The notes below the pieces were generated by a model, which saw only the letters and a list, made by a program, of their open reading frames with translations, ran no database searches and was not told where the DNA came from. A DNA stretch of 62,587 bases, counting the filler, from Antechinus flavipes (taxonomy: Eukaryota), in the NCBI RefSeq assembly GCF_016432865.1. It is 3 parts of 2 records of this genome, joined end to end, with 100 filler letters (N's around TTAATTAATTAA, not from the genome) between each part and the next. Parts side by side here need not be neighbours in the genome. Positions count along the whole stretch, not along the records: positions 31,129 to 43,530 come from NC_067400.1; 2 more parts are not named here. One strand, written 5' to 3'. The stretch's first letter is position 1; each line of letters begins with the position of its first letter. Below are positions 33,625-43,630 of the stretch, in pieces. Made by a program: the position numbers and the translations under genes.

Positions 33625-36119
33625 GTTAATTAACAAGTGTTTATTAAGCACTTATTATGCACCAGGTGCTGAGTAAGGTGATGAAGATCCAAAGAAGCAG
33701 CCATGGATACTTCCTTCTGTGGGAGGTAGCATCTGGGCAGACCCCCTCCCAGACCCCCCGCTGACCCAGGGGTGCTGGGCTGTCCCCCCTCATCCTTAAG
33801 GGGCCGCCAGTCCCGGACTCACTCTCCTGGGGGAAGCTGGGACTATGAAGAGAGGGCGCAGCCCCCTTTTCTCCCTCTGTCGCTCTTTGTGCTCCCAATC
33901 CAGTCCCGCTAGGGAGAGTAAAGTTTGGCTCATGTCTGTGGCTCCCCAAAAAGTGGGGTAGAAGAGCTGCCGTGGACCAAGTGGGGGACAGCTCCTGATT
34001 TCCATCCCACATGGGGAAGAGTTTAAGACGGAGAAGGCTGATGAACACGTGAAGACTTCATTTTGAGGCAGTAACTTAAAACTCCTCCTCCGTGGGACTG
34101 ATGGAGGGCCCAGAGCCAAGCCACAAGTACCCTGTGAGGGAAGGACCATGTTCTCGTGGTCCCTTTCCCCAGGCGCTCTCTGGACAGCTCCCTCCAGCTC
34201 CCAGACCAGCTGGGGACTTAGGCCTTTGAAAAGCAGCTTTAGGGACCCCCTATGGAGGGACTCGGGAGCACCCAAAGTCAAGCTCCGTCTGAGCAAACCC
34301 GAGCGGGCCAAGCAGCCAGCAGCCTGGGGCGAGCAGAGCCTGGGGACCACAAGGCCTGCGGATGAGGCAGAAGGCCCTTGTGCTCCCCTCCCAGAAGTCC
34401 CAAAGTTCCAAGCTAGATTTTCAGAAGGCAAAAAAACACCACAAGAGCCTCCTTCTAAGGAGCTTTTCTGAGGAAGCTTTGAAGCCACGTAAACCCCCTC
34501 GGCCCCACCAGGGGCGTGGAGATAGCGGCAAATGGAACCCAAGCAGAAATCCCTGGGAGTCATGTCCTTTGTCAAAAGGACCCTGAAAATGTGACACTGG
34601 AGAGGTCCAGCTCTAGGTCTGTTCCCAGGGGGTGTTCTCTAGCCGAGGGCCGGGTTGAGTATGAGGAGGGGGATGCTCCCCTGATTATATCTGTTCTATA
34701 TTATATCTGCATGTGGTTCACTCACGTCTGACTCTTCGTGTCCCTGGGGTTTAGGATTTTCTTGGCAAGGATATTGGAGTGGTTGGCCGTTTCCTTCTCC
34801 GACTCATTGGACAGATGAAGAACCTGAGGCAGACTGAAGTGCCTTGTGCAGGCCCCTCCACCTGACCTGGGCTAGTAAGGCTCTGAGGTCACATTTGAAT
34901 TCAATTCTTCCCGACTCCAGGCCCCGTGCTCTACCCACTGCACCGCACTGATGTCACAATTATATCCGTTACACATAGACTTCCCTGTGAGCAGGGGACG
35001 ATGGGGGAGAATGGGAATCCTGGGGGCAGGAGCGGCCACTCCACTCCCCAAAGCTGCCAGCCCTGAAGGTGGGCCGCGGCCCATTCCCCTCCTACTGCAT
35101 TATTTGTAATGTTCTCTCTAAAATGTCCTGTTCTCTGTTGAGGTTTCCTCGGGGTCTCTGGGAGCAGCCTTTGTTTCAATTCGGTGGCAAAGCCCAAATT
35201 CTTTATTGTCTCCTTCAAAGTCTGGTCTCCTTCACTTGGGTCTCGCTGGTTTTGGGGAGGCCTGTCTCTCTCCTCGGTTCCCAGAGCCTGAGCTCCCTCC
35301 TGCCTTCTCTGGCTTCTGAATCTCCCTGCCTGCCTCTGAATGCAAAGGTTTGCGCTTCCGCCTCCGGCCACCACAGAGGTGGACGATGGAACGAATCTGT
35401 CTCGGCCTCCAAGAGCTTCCAGTGCGCTTGTCCTTCCGGGCCCTGAGAGCTTCACGCTGACTGCGAACCAATCATTATGTCAGTGGGAAACCAGGGCCTG
35501 GGGCTACATCGAGCGAGGGGGGCTGGGGTGAGAGGCGGAGAGGTTGCGGGACTCCCCGCATGGAGAGGATCAAGGGGCTCCCCTCCGCGGTTGCAGTGAG
35601 ACCGACGAGCTTGAATCGACGTCCAGAGAAGGCTTACAGGAAGGCAGCCGGTTCCAAGCCTGGTCTCCCGGGGTACCTGTTTGAATCCAAAGGTGCCTTA
35701 AAGCAGGGGCCCATTGTTTTTTGGGGGGTACGATTAGCTGGGCTTCCTCTCCGGCCTGGAGCTTGAAGGGGCAGAAGCAACAGTCCTGGGGCTGAGGACC
35801 CTTCCTCCAAGCTTGTTTCTGGGGAGCTGCCGGGATCCGAGGATGCCCGGCGTGTGGATGGGTGGGTAGGTGGCTTCCGGACGCTGCCCTTGGCCCTTAG
35901 CTCATCCGCCCCCCAGGGCCCGGACCTTCCACTAGGCCTAGGCTTCTGAAGACTTTTCCCACTCGTGACCCCTTTTCAGCCAAGAGATTTTTCCACGAGC
36001 CTGGGCATAGGGGGATAGAAAACATTTATTATGACAAACGGTAGGTTTATTTTCAAACGATTCTCGGTCTCTATATAATTTGACGAGAGGAGTGCGCTTG
36101 TCTATTTTTATAGAAAGAA

Positions 36120-36940
36120 CACTTAGCTGTCTTTCACTGCTGCTCAATCTTTACCCGCCCCCACTTTCACTTCCGGGAACCCTTTGGGGGTCCCGACCCA
36201 GTTTAAGAAGCTGTGATTTAGATCACGTGAGCAGGACCCGGACAAGACAAAGTCCCGCCCAAAGCGGCCTCCTCTCGAGCCACCAGCCTGCTCTGGGGCG
36301 GTAGGAGCCCCGACGCCCCCAACCCCAGCAGACAGTCTGGGGAGTCGGTGGGGCAGATGGTCCTTCACAAGAACTACAAATCCCAGAATGCGCAGAGGCC
36401 GCGACGACCGATCTCGGAAAGCGAGAAGTGCGCGTGCGCGGGAGCCCTCGTTCGCATCACGGGGCGAGCATGCGTCGGAAGTACGGAAGATTTGAGACCC
36501 AAACAGGGGACAATAACACGCGAGTGAGCACGCGCGCTGACGCAAGAGACGGAGCGATGAAGAATCACAAGTCTTTGAAGGCGGTGAGGCGTCGGCCTGT
36601 GGGAGACTGCGCGTGCGCAGTGATTCGGCTCGCGCGGGGTGGAGCCTAACAACTTAAGCGGTCTCGAAGCGGAATCTGGGATCATGCGCACTGTAGTTCC
36701 CTTTGAGCCCAGCTGGGACTACCGGTCCCAGAAGTCCTCGGGGCGGCCAATCAAGTTCGCGCATGCGTGGTGACGCATGAGGGAGACAGTTTGTGTGCGC
36801 GGCCGCCGCCGATCAAGCTTGGCTGCCTCGCGCCGGGGCCTTTGGGAGGCTGTCCTCCCTCCCCGGCCCTCCCGGAACTCCCATCTTCCCAGCACCCCCC
36901 GCCTCAGGGCCCCTCGTTTCCCCTAACCCCGAGGCCGCAG
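36120..36940. promoter_or_regulatory. ZNF628: CpG-island promoter of ZNF628, probably bidirectional
   Basis: ETS CACTTCCGG 36168-36176; E-box CACGTG 36224-36229; ZNF143/THAP11-type ACTACAAATCCCAGAATGC 36373-36391 and two further variants (36685-36701 reverse, 36718-36734); GC box 36741-36746; CCAAT 36747-36751; NRF1-like GCGCATGCG 36759-36767. Confidence 0.8.
36790..36940 (+). other. ZNF628: ZNF628 non-coding first exon (start approximate)
   Basis: Strong donor GCAG|GTAAGA at 36940/36941 directly after the promoter motifs. Confidence 0.6.
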
Positions 36941-37499
36941 GTAAGAAACCGAGAAAAAAACAAAACCGATGGTGTGGGGGGGTGTCGGGGAGGGAGGCAG
37001 GGAACCTGGAAGGGCGTGGCCGGCGTGACCGGAAGAGGTGGGACTAAGCGGGACGTCTGACGGCTGTGCTTAAAGGGGAGTTTCTGCCCCCCTAGGCTTG
37101 CCTTTGGTCGGCAGCAAAGTAATCTGCCTTCTTAAAGGCGCCTGTCGGGTTCTTAAAGGGGCCGGGAGGGTTCATGAGAGTCGAGGGAAGGGACCGTGGC
37201 CAATGGCCGCGTTTGCGAAAGGAGACCCCGAGGCCCAGCGAGGGGAGCAGAAGCTCCCCTTGTGCCTCAGTGTCCTCCTGGACGAAGAAGGGGTGAGCGC
37301 TGTCGGGGCTCATCTCCCAGCCCTGCGCGCCGGGGTGCCCTCCCTGGAAGGCTTACCCCCTTTCCCTGAGCGGCACGTGCCCCCCCACGTTGCCCCGGAA
37401 CCCACCGCTGCCCCCCAGTACCGTCCTGACACGTGTCTCCCCTGCATCCAGTAGGTGCCTAATAACTGCTTCCCGCCCATCTGCCCCCTCGCAGGTGTC

Positions 37500-40400
37500 A
37501 TGGTGGGCTCCCACCTAGACATGGCTCCAGCCCCGCCCACCGAGGGGCCCGGGGAGCAGGCGGTGCCCCCCGCGGGTCCCGCTCCGGCGCCTGCCCAGTA
37601 CGAGTGTGGGGAGTGTGGCAAGTCCTTCAAGTGGTCGTCGCGGCTGCTCCATCACCAGCGCACGCACACGGGCGAGCGGCCCTACAAGTGCCCCGACTGC
37701 CCCAAGGCCTTCAAGGGCTCCTCGGCCCTGCTCTACCACCAGCGGGGGCACACGGGCGAGCGGCCCTACCCCTGCCCGGACTGCGGCAAGGCCTTCAAGC
37801 GCTCGTCCCTGCTGCAGATCCACCGCAGCGTGCACACGGGCCTGCGCGCCTTCACCTGCGCCCAGTGCGGCCTGGCCTTCAAGTGGAGCTCCCACTACCA
37901 GTACCACCTGCGCCAGCACACGGGCGAGCGGCCCTACCCCTGCCCCGACTGCCCCAAGGCCTTCAAGAACTCGTCCAGCCTCCGCAGGCACCGGCACGTG
38001 CACACGGGCGAGCGGCCCTACCCCTGCGGCGTCTGCGGCAAGAGCTTCACCCAGAGCACCAACCTGCGGCAGCACCAGCGGGTGCACACGGGCGAGCGCC
38101 CCTTCCGCTGCCCGGCGTGCCCCAAGACCTTCACGCACTCCTCCAACCTGCTCCTGCACCAGCGCACCCACGGGCCGGCCGCGGCCACGGCCTCCGCCCA
38201 CCGCTGCGAGCCCTGCGGGAAGGTCTTTGCCTCCGACGCCTACCTTCAGCGCCACCTGCAGACGCACGCCTCCGAGGCCCCCCCGCCGCCGCCGCCGCCC
38301 CCGCCCCCCCCTCCCCCCGTGGTCCCCGAGCTCTTCCTGGCGGCGGCCGAGACCACCGTGGAGCTGGTCTACCGCTGCGGGGGCTGCGAGCTGGCCTTCG
38401 CCAGCGAGACCCTCCTCCTGGAGCACCAGCCGTGCCCGGGGCCCGGGGCGGAGGCGGCCGCGGCCCAGCCTGCCCCCTTCACCTGCCCGCCCTGTGGCAA
38501 GGCCTTTAAGACGGCGGCCGGCCTGTCCCGGCACCAGCAGAGCCACGGGCCGGCCGCCGCGGCGCCCTCCTACCGCTGCGGCGGCTGCGACCGGGCCTTC
38601 CCCCAGCTGGCCAGCCTGCTGGCCCACCAGCGGGCCCACGCCGAGGAGGCGGCGGCCGGGCGCCCGCTGCCGCAGGCCGAGGCGGCCGAGGTCACCTGCC
38701 CGCAGGAGGCCCCGGCCCCGGCCCCGGGTCCGGGTCCGGCCCCGGCGCCCCCGGGCGACCGGCCCTACAAGTGCGCCGAGTGCGGCAAGGCCTTCAAGGG
38801 CTCCTCGGGGCTGCGCTATCACATGCGCGACCACACGGGCGAGCGGCCCTACCCCTGCGGGGAGTGCGGCAAGGCCTTCAAGCGCTCGTCCCTGCTGGCC
38901 ATCCACCAGCGGGTCCACACGGGCCTGCGCGCCTTCACCTGCGCCCAGTGCGGCCTGACCTTCAAGTGGAGCTCCCACTACCAGTACCACCTGCGGCTGC
39001 ACTCGGGCGAGCGGCCCTACCCCTGCGCCGAGTGCGGCAAGGCCTTCCGCAACACCTCCTGCCTGCGGCGCCACCGGCACGTGCACACGGGCGAGCGGCC
39101 GCACTCCTGCGGCGTCTGCGGCAAGAGCTTCGCGCAGACCTCCAACCTGCGGCAGCACCAGCGGGTGCACACGGGCGAGCGCCCCTTCCGCTGCCCGCTC
39201 TGCCCCAAGACCTTCACGCACTCCTCCAACCTGCTCCTGCACCAGCGCACCCACTCCGCCGAGAGGCCCTTCGCCTGCACCGTCTGCGGCCGGGGCTTCG
39301 TCATGGCCGCCTACCTCCAGCGCCACCTGCGGACGCACGCCCCGGCCCCCCCGGCCGCGGCCCCCCCGACCGCGGCCCCCGCCGCCACCCAGGACGTCCA
39401 CGTCGTGCCCCACCTGCAGGCCACCCTGTCCCTGGAGGCGGGGCCCGGCCCGGCCAACCCGGCCAACTCGCAGACCTTCCTGCTGGTGCAGACGGCCCAG
39501 GGGCTCCAGCTCATCCCCAGCAGCGTCCAGCCCCCCAGACCCCCGCCGCCCCCGCCCCCGCCAGCCCCGCCCAAGGTCATCCTGCTGCCCGCCTCCGGGG
39601 CTAGGTCCCAGAAGGGTACAAAGAACGGTGGGAGGGCAGACCAAGCGCCCGGGATGGTCTGGCTCCCCGGTCCCGGGCCGGTCGGGGGACAGGGAGGCGG
39701 GGGCAACGTCGCCGGAGGCGGGGGCCAGAGCCTCATCGTCCTACAGAGCGTGGCCGGTGGAGAGGCGGGGCCGCAGGAAACCGGCGGGGTTCGGCTTCAG
39801 TCTCTCCGGCCGGCACAGGAGGTGACCGCGGTCCAACTACAGCCCACCCAGGAAGTGACCACGGTCCAGCTGCAGCCCCTCCAGCCGGCCCAGGAAGTCA
39901 CCACGGTCCAGCTGCAGCCCCTCCAGCCGGCCCAGGAAGTCACCACGGTCCAGCTGCAGCCCCTCCAGCCGGCACAGGAAGTGACCACGGTCCAGCTGCA
40001 GCCTCTCCAAACGTCCCAGGAAGTGACCACGGTCCAGCTGCAGCCGCTGCCCCCCACCCCAGATGTTTCCCTGCAGCTCCAGCCGGTGGCCGGCCCGCTG
40101 GCCAGCCCTGGGGGGGCCGGCGGGCCGGCAGAGGGTCCCAATCTGTTCGTGGTGCAGGGTGGGCCGGGGGACGAGCTGCTGGCCGGCCCCGGGCCCGGTG
40201 GAGAAGGGGGCTCGGGCGATGGGGGCGGGGGCGGCGGAGGGGCCGTGGTTCAGGACGTGCACTTTGAGACCCTGCAGACGGCGGAGGGGCTGCAGAGCGT
40301 CCTGGTTCTGAGCGGGGCCGACGGCGAGCAGACCCGGCTCTGCGTGCAGGGGGTCGAGACCCTCTCCCCGGGCCTGGCAGAGCCGTCCGCCCCGGGCCCC

Positions 40401-40661
40401 CAGGGTCAGAAACTTCTCATTATCCGCAGCGCCCCCTCGGCTCCTTCGGACCTGGTGGAGAGCGTGCCGGGCCCTCCCCTCCAGCTGCTGGCCCCTCCGC
40501 CCAGCCCGGCGCCCGGGGCTCCCCCCGGGCCCAGCCCCCAGGTGGTCCAGGTGGTCCCCGGTTCGGGGCCCGGGCCCGCGGGCACGGCTGGCCAGTCAGC
40601 TTTGCCTTCCATTCACATAGTGCAGGCCCTGCCGGCCGTGCAGCTGGTGCACACCTTCTGA
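37500..40661 (+). CDS. ZNF628: Zinc finger protein 628, 1053 aa, 17 canonical C2H2 fingers plus one degenerate, Q/V/T-rich C-terminal region
   Basis: Acceptor cctcgcag at 37494; MVGSHLDMAP start; finger helices KWSSRLLHH, KGSSALLYH, KRSSLLQIH, KWSSHYQYH; QEVTTVQLQP repeats; C-terminus ALPAVQLVHTF, all characteristic of ZNF628. Confidence 0.95.
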   Translation: MVGSHLDMAPAPPTEGPGEQAVPPAGPAPAPAQYECGECGKSFKWSSRLLHHQRTHTGERPYKCPDCPKAFKGSSALLYHQRGHTGERPYPCPDCGKAFKRSSLLQIHRSVHTGLRAFTCAQCGLAFKWSSHYQYHLRQHTGERPYPCPDCPKAFKNSSSLRRHRHVHTGERPYPCGVCGKSFTQSTNLRQHQRVHTGERPFRCPACPKTFTHSSNLLLHQRTHGPAAATASAHRCEPCGKVFASDAYLQRHLQTHASEAPPPPPPPPPPPPPVVPELFLAAAETTVELVYRCGGCELAFASETLLLEHQPCPGPGAEAAAAQPAPFTCPPCGKAFKTAAGLSRHQQSHGPAAAAPSYRCGGCDRAFPQLASLLAHQRAHAEEAAAGRPLPQAEAAEVTCPQEAPAPAPGPGPAPAPPGDRPYKCAECGKAFKGSSGLRYHMRDHTGERPYPCGECGKAFKRSSLLAIHQRVHTGLRAFTCAQCGLTFKWSSHYQYHLRLHSGERPYPCAECGKAFRNTSCLRRHRHVHTGERPHSCGVCGKSFAQTSNLRQHQRVHTGERPFRCPLCPKTFTHSSNLLLHQRTHSAERPFACTVCGRGFVMAAYLQRHLRTHAPAPPAAAPPTAAPAATQDVHVVPHLQATLSLEAGPGPANPANSQTFLLVQTAQGLQLIPSSVQPPRPPPPPPPPAPPKVILLPASGARSQKGTKNGGRADQAPGMVWLPGPGPVGGQGGGGNVAGGGGQSLIVLQSVAGGEAGPQETGGVRLQSLRPAQEVTAVQLQPTQEVTTVQLQPLQPAQEVTTVQLQPLQPAQEVTTVQLQPLQPAQEVTTVQLQPLQTSQEVTTVQLQPLPPTPDVSLQLQPVAGPLASPGGAGGPAEGPNLFVVQGGPGDELLAGPGPGGEGGSGDGGGGGGGAVVQDVHFETLQTAEGLQSVLVLSGADGEQTRLCVQGVETLSPGLAEPSAPGPQGQKLLIIRSAPSAPSDLVESVPGPPLQLLAPPPSPAPGAPPGPSPQVVQVVPGSGPGPAGTAGQSALPSIHIVQALPAVQLVHTF
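39816..40058 (+). repeat. ZNF628: Coding tandem repeat: one 33-nt unit and five 42-nt units (QEVTTVQLQPLQPA)
   Basis: Units start at 39816, 39849, 39891, 39933, 39975 and 40017. Confidence 0.9.
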
Positions 40662-40709
40662 GCGCCGGCCGGCCTCCCCGCCTCGGCCTCGGCCGGGGGC
40701 CCATGTACC

Positions 40710-40715
40710 AATAAA
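40710..40715 (+). terminator. ZNF628: ZNF628 poly(A) signal (second AATAAA at 40851-40856)
   Basis: AATAAA about 50 nt after the stop, preceded by TGTA. Confidence 0.75.
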
Positions 40716-41645
40716 GAGAGATCTCCTCCGCCCCTCTCCCCTGGTCGTCTTCATTGGGAGCGGGCACCGGGGCCTGCGCTGGCCAGCCTTCCCCCCGGGA
40801 CACCCCGGCTGCGCCCTGCCCTGCCTGGGCCTCCGTTTCCCAGTCTGTAAAATAAATAGTTCAACTCTAAGGCCTGCGGCTCTGTCCTTCCAGGGGGTGG
40901 GGGCAGATCACGGCCGGGTGCCTGGGGCACTCCCCCCCTTCCTGGCCAGAGCCAATGAGCTCCCTCGGGGAGTTGCCTAGCAACCCCAATCCCCGGGACG
41001 GGAAGGGATGGCGAGGCCGGTGAGTGCTGCATCTCTCTCCCGGCTCGGGGCACCCCACAACCTGCCCCCTTCACGACTCGCCCTGGGACCGTGGGCAAGA
41101 CGTTTCTCAGGGCATCCCTGCCCTACCGGGCTTCCCTGTAAAATGGAGGCTGGGGCAGGGGGAGGATGAGTGGATCTCAAAGCACCAGTTTGGCTCCAGC
41201 GCCAGAGATGGCCTGGGATGGTGATGAGAGAGGCTGCAGCCTCTCCAGCTGGCCCCTCCCTCTTCATCGGGCAAAACTCCCCCAAGTCCAGAATGGAATA
41301 TTCCGTCCGCTCCTAAGTGCCCTCCCCAAGACGAAAGGGGGCGGGGCTCTGAGGCGGGCCGGTCCACTCTTGGGTCAGGTGGGAGAGCTGGCCGGCCCCT
41401 GCAGGGGTGGGGCGGGTGAGACCAATTCTCGCTGAGGTGGAGGGAACGGGGGCGCCCGGACAATTCCATTGCCGAAGGGGGGGTCGAGGGCCGCCGAGGA
41501 GGTCGCCGAGGGAGCGACTATTATCTCCAAAGGGAGGGGGAGGACAATTGAGGAAGGAACCATTGCGGAATCTGCGGGGGGAGGCGTTCCCTCCCGTTCT
41601 CCCGCAGGTGGAAGGACCTTCAGCTCCCAGGGCCGCAGGGGTGAT

Positions 41646-41717
41646 ATGGCCCCCGACCACCTGTCCGTGAGGCAGATGCGGGAGGAAGAGAAAGCCCTCG
41701 TCGTGGAGCTGCTGAAG
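41646..41717 (+). CDS. NAT14: NAT14 first coding exon (exon 41608-41717): MAPDHLSVRQMREEEKALVVELLK; remainder not found in the contig
   Basis: Similar to the human NAT14 N-terminus (MAPSHLSVREMREDEKPLVLEMLK, from memory); acceptor ttctcccgcag; GT at 41718; NAT14 follows ZNF628 in human. Confidence 0.85.
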
Positions 41718-43530
41718 GTCTAAGGCGTGGGGGGCGGGGGGAAGAGAAGGGAGGGGGAGGGGAACGGGCTAGGTAGCCCCCCCCACCCCAGCCCGAGCCC
41801 TGGAGCTGCCCTAAGGCAGACGGTCCCCTGACTTCCATGTGTTCCCACCCGGCCGCCTCACAAAGTGACCACGGGCCCAGTGCCTGCTGCAGCCCTCCCC
41901 CCCCCCCCCATGTGGGCTATCCCCCGGCCCCCAGTTCTCCCAGCCCCTCCCACTAAGCCCACGAACCCTTGCCATATACTGCTCCCCCCCACCCCCCCCA
42001 CAGCTCTCTGAGGAGCCCGCCCCGCCCCTCCCCCACAGTGTGGACCGCCCGCCCCCCTGCAGCCTCTTAACACGTTGGCCCCACGGCGCCATTCATTCAT
42101 TCCGTCCCCTATGAGCCAGGCACGGTGCTAGGTCAGGGCTACGGGACAGGCTCTTCTCCCCACCCCCACCCTGCACGCGCCTCTGCCCCGCCCCCGAGCC
42201 GCCTTCCTTTGCGGCGGCCGGGACAGCTACAAAGTAGCGAAAGCAGCTACAAAGTGACAGAGGGAAGGGGGGAAGGCCTGGCGTGGGCGCAGGGCTGGAG
42301 GGAGGGAGGGACGTCCAGGCCGGAGGAGCAGCCTGGGCAAAGGTAAGGAGGCCGGAACTGGCGGCTGGCCTTCTGGGAGCAGCTCGTGCAGTCGGACTCG
42401 GGGGCGGGGGAGGCTGTGCCCCTTTGGGAAGGGCTTTAACTACCCCCCCCCCAGTCTATAGAGAGTAGCTGGAGCAGGGGGAAGACGGCTCTGGAAAGTC
42501 CTTGTGCCGGGGCAGAGTGGACATGGAAGGGGGTGGAGAAGGTCATTGGGAGGCTTGTGCCCGGGGAGGGGAGAAGAGCGCTTCCGGGGATCCAGGGCCC
42601 CACTCCCTGGCCACTGGCAGTCTCCAGAAAAGTGAGGGGGCCCTTGGCCTCCGCCCCCGGGACCCAGGCAGGGGGTTGTTCTGGAACCTTTCCTCCTGGG
42701 TGAGCCCATGCTTCACTGCTCTGCTCCCCTTCCCTTCTCCGGGCTCAGTGTCCCCAGGGGCCTGCCTGGAAGCCCTCCGCCATTCCTGGGGGCCCTGAAG
42801 TGGGACCTCCTCAGGTCTTCTCACCGGGGTGTTCATGGGGCCAAACAGCAGATCAAGTCTTGTCCGCATGAGCAGAGCCCCTGGGATTATCACCTACTCC
42901 TTCCTGCCCCCCCCAACTCTCCCCACAAAGCCCAGATGTGTTTGTTTCCTCTACATCCCCTCCCGCTGAGTTCTGTTGAGCTTGTGGTTCACTAAGCACC
43001 CTTGATCTTTTTCTGATAAACTACCATCTAGCCATGCTGCTCTCCCCCCCCCCCCTTTCTAACCATTATTCCATCGAAGGCAATGATCCCTTCCGAGTTC
43101 CATCTTCTGAGTGTAAGCCCCATTTGTGAACCCATCGGAACCTTTTGGTTCCCCAGCATCATCCAGCACGCCGCCGACCTCTCCCTCACCCTGGGGTGTC
43201 TCCTTTAAGGAGCGTACAGTCCCTTTACCCAAGTCAGAGCCGAAATAGCCTGGAGCCCAATCCAGATCTCCTGGGCACTCCCCTGGAGACTCTCTGCCTG
43301 CAGACACCTGCTTCTCCAATCCCATCATCCAGTCAGCTCTGAGCCCATCCCACGCTTTTCCTTCTTTGCTGCAGCGTAGCACGAGCTGTTTTACCTAATG
43401 CTTCCTAAGCCAGATTTGCAGCACTCTTGGGCTGCCATTTTAGGCATTTTGTCCCCCTAAAAATGGTGGGAAAAATCTGGAATGATCCCTTTCTTTTCTT
43501 TTTAAAATTTTGGTAATCTCATCACTGGGC

Positions 43531-43630
43531 NNNNNNNNNNNNNNNNNNNNNNNNNNNNNNNNNNNNNNNNNNNNTTAATTAATTAANNNNNNNNNNNNNN
43601 NNNNNNNNNNNNNNNNNNNNNNNNNNNNNN
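43531..43630. other. Artificial contig spacer (44 N + TTAATTAATTAA + 44 N)
   Basis: Identical in structure to 31029-31128. Confidence 0.95.

Noticed and set aside
33680-33730. KKQPWIL as a KRAB-B exon
   Set aside because: In-frame TAA just upstream, no suitable acceptor, and the context looks like an L2 tail
37515-39644. 709-aa antisense ORF and 277-450-aa alternative-frame ORFs over ZNF628
   Set aside because: Expected shadows of extreme GC3 codon bias; compositionally biased, no domains
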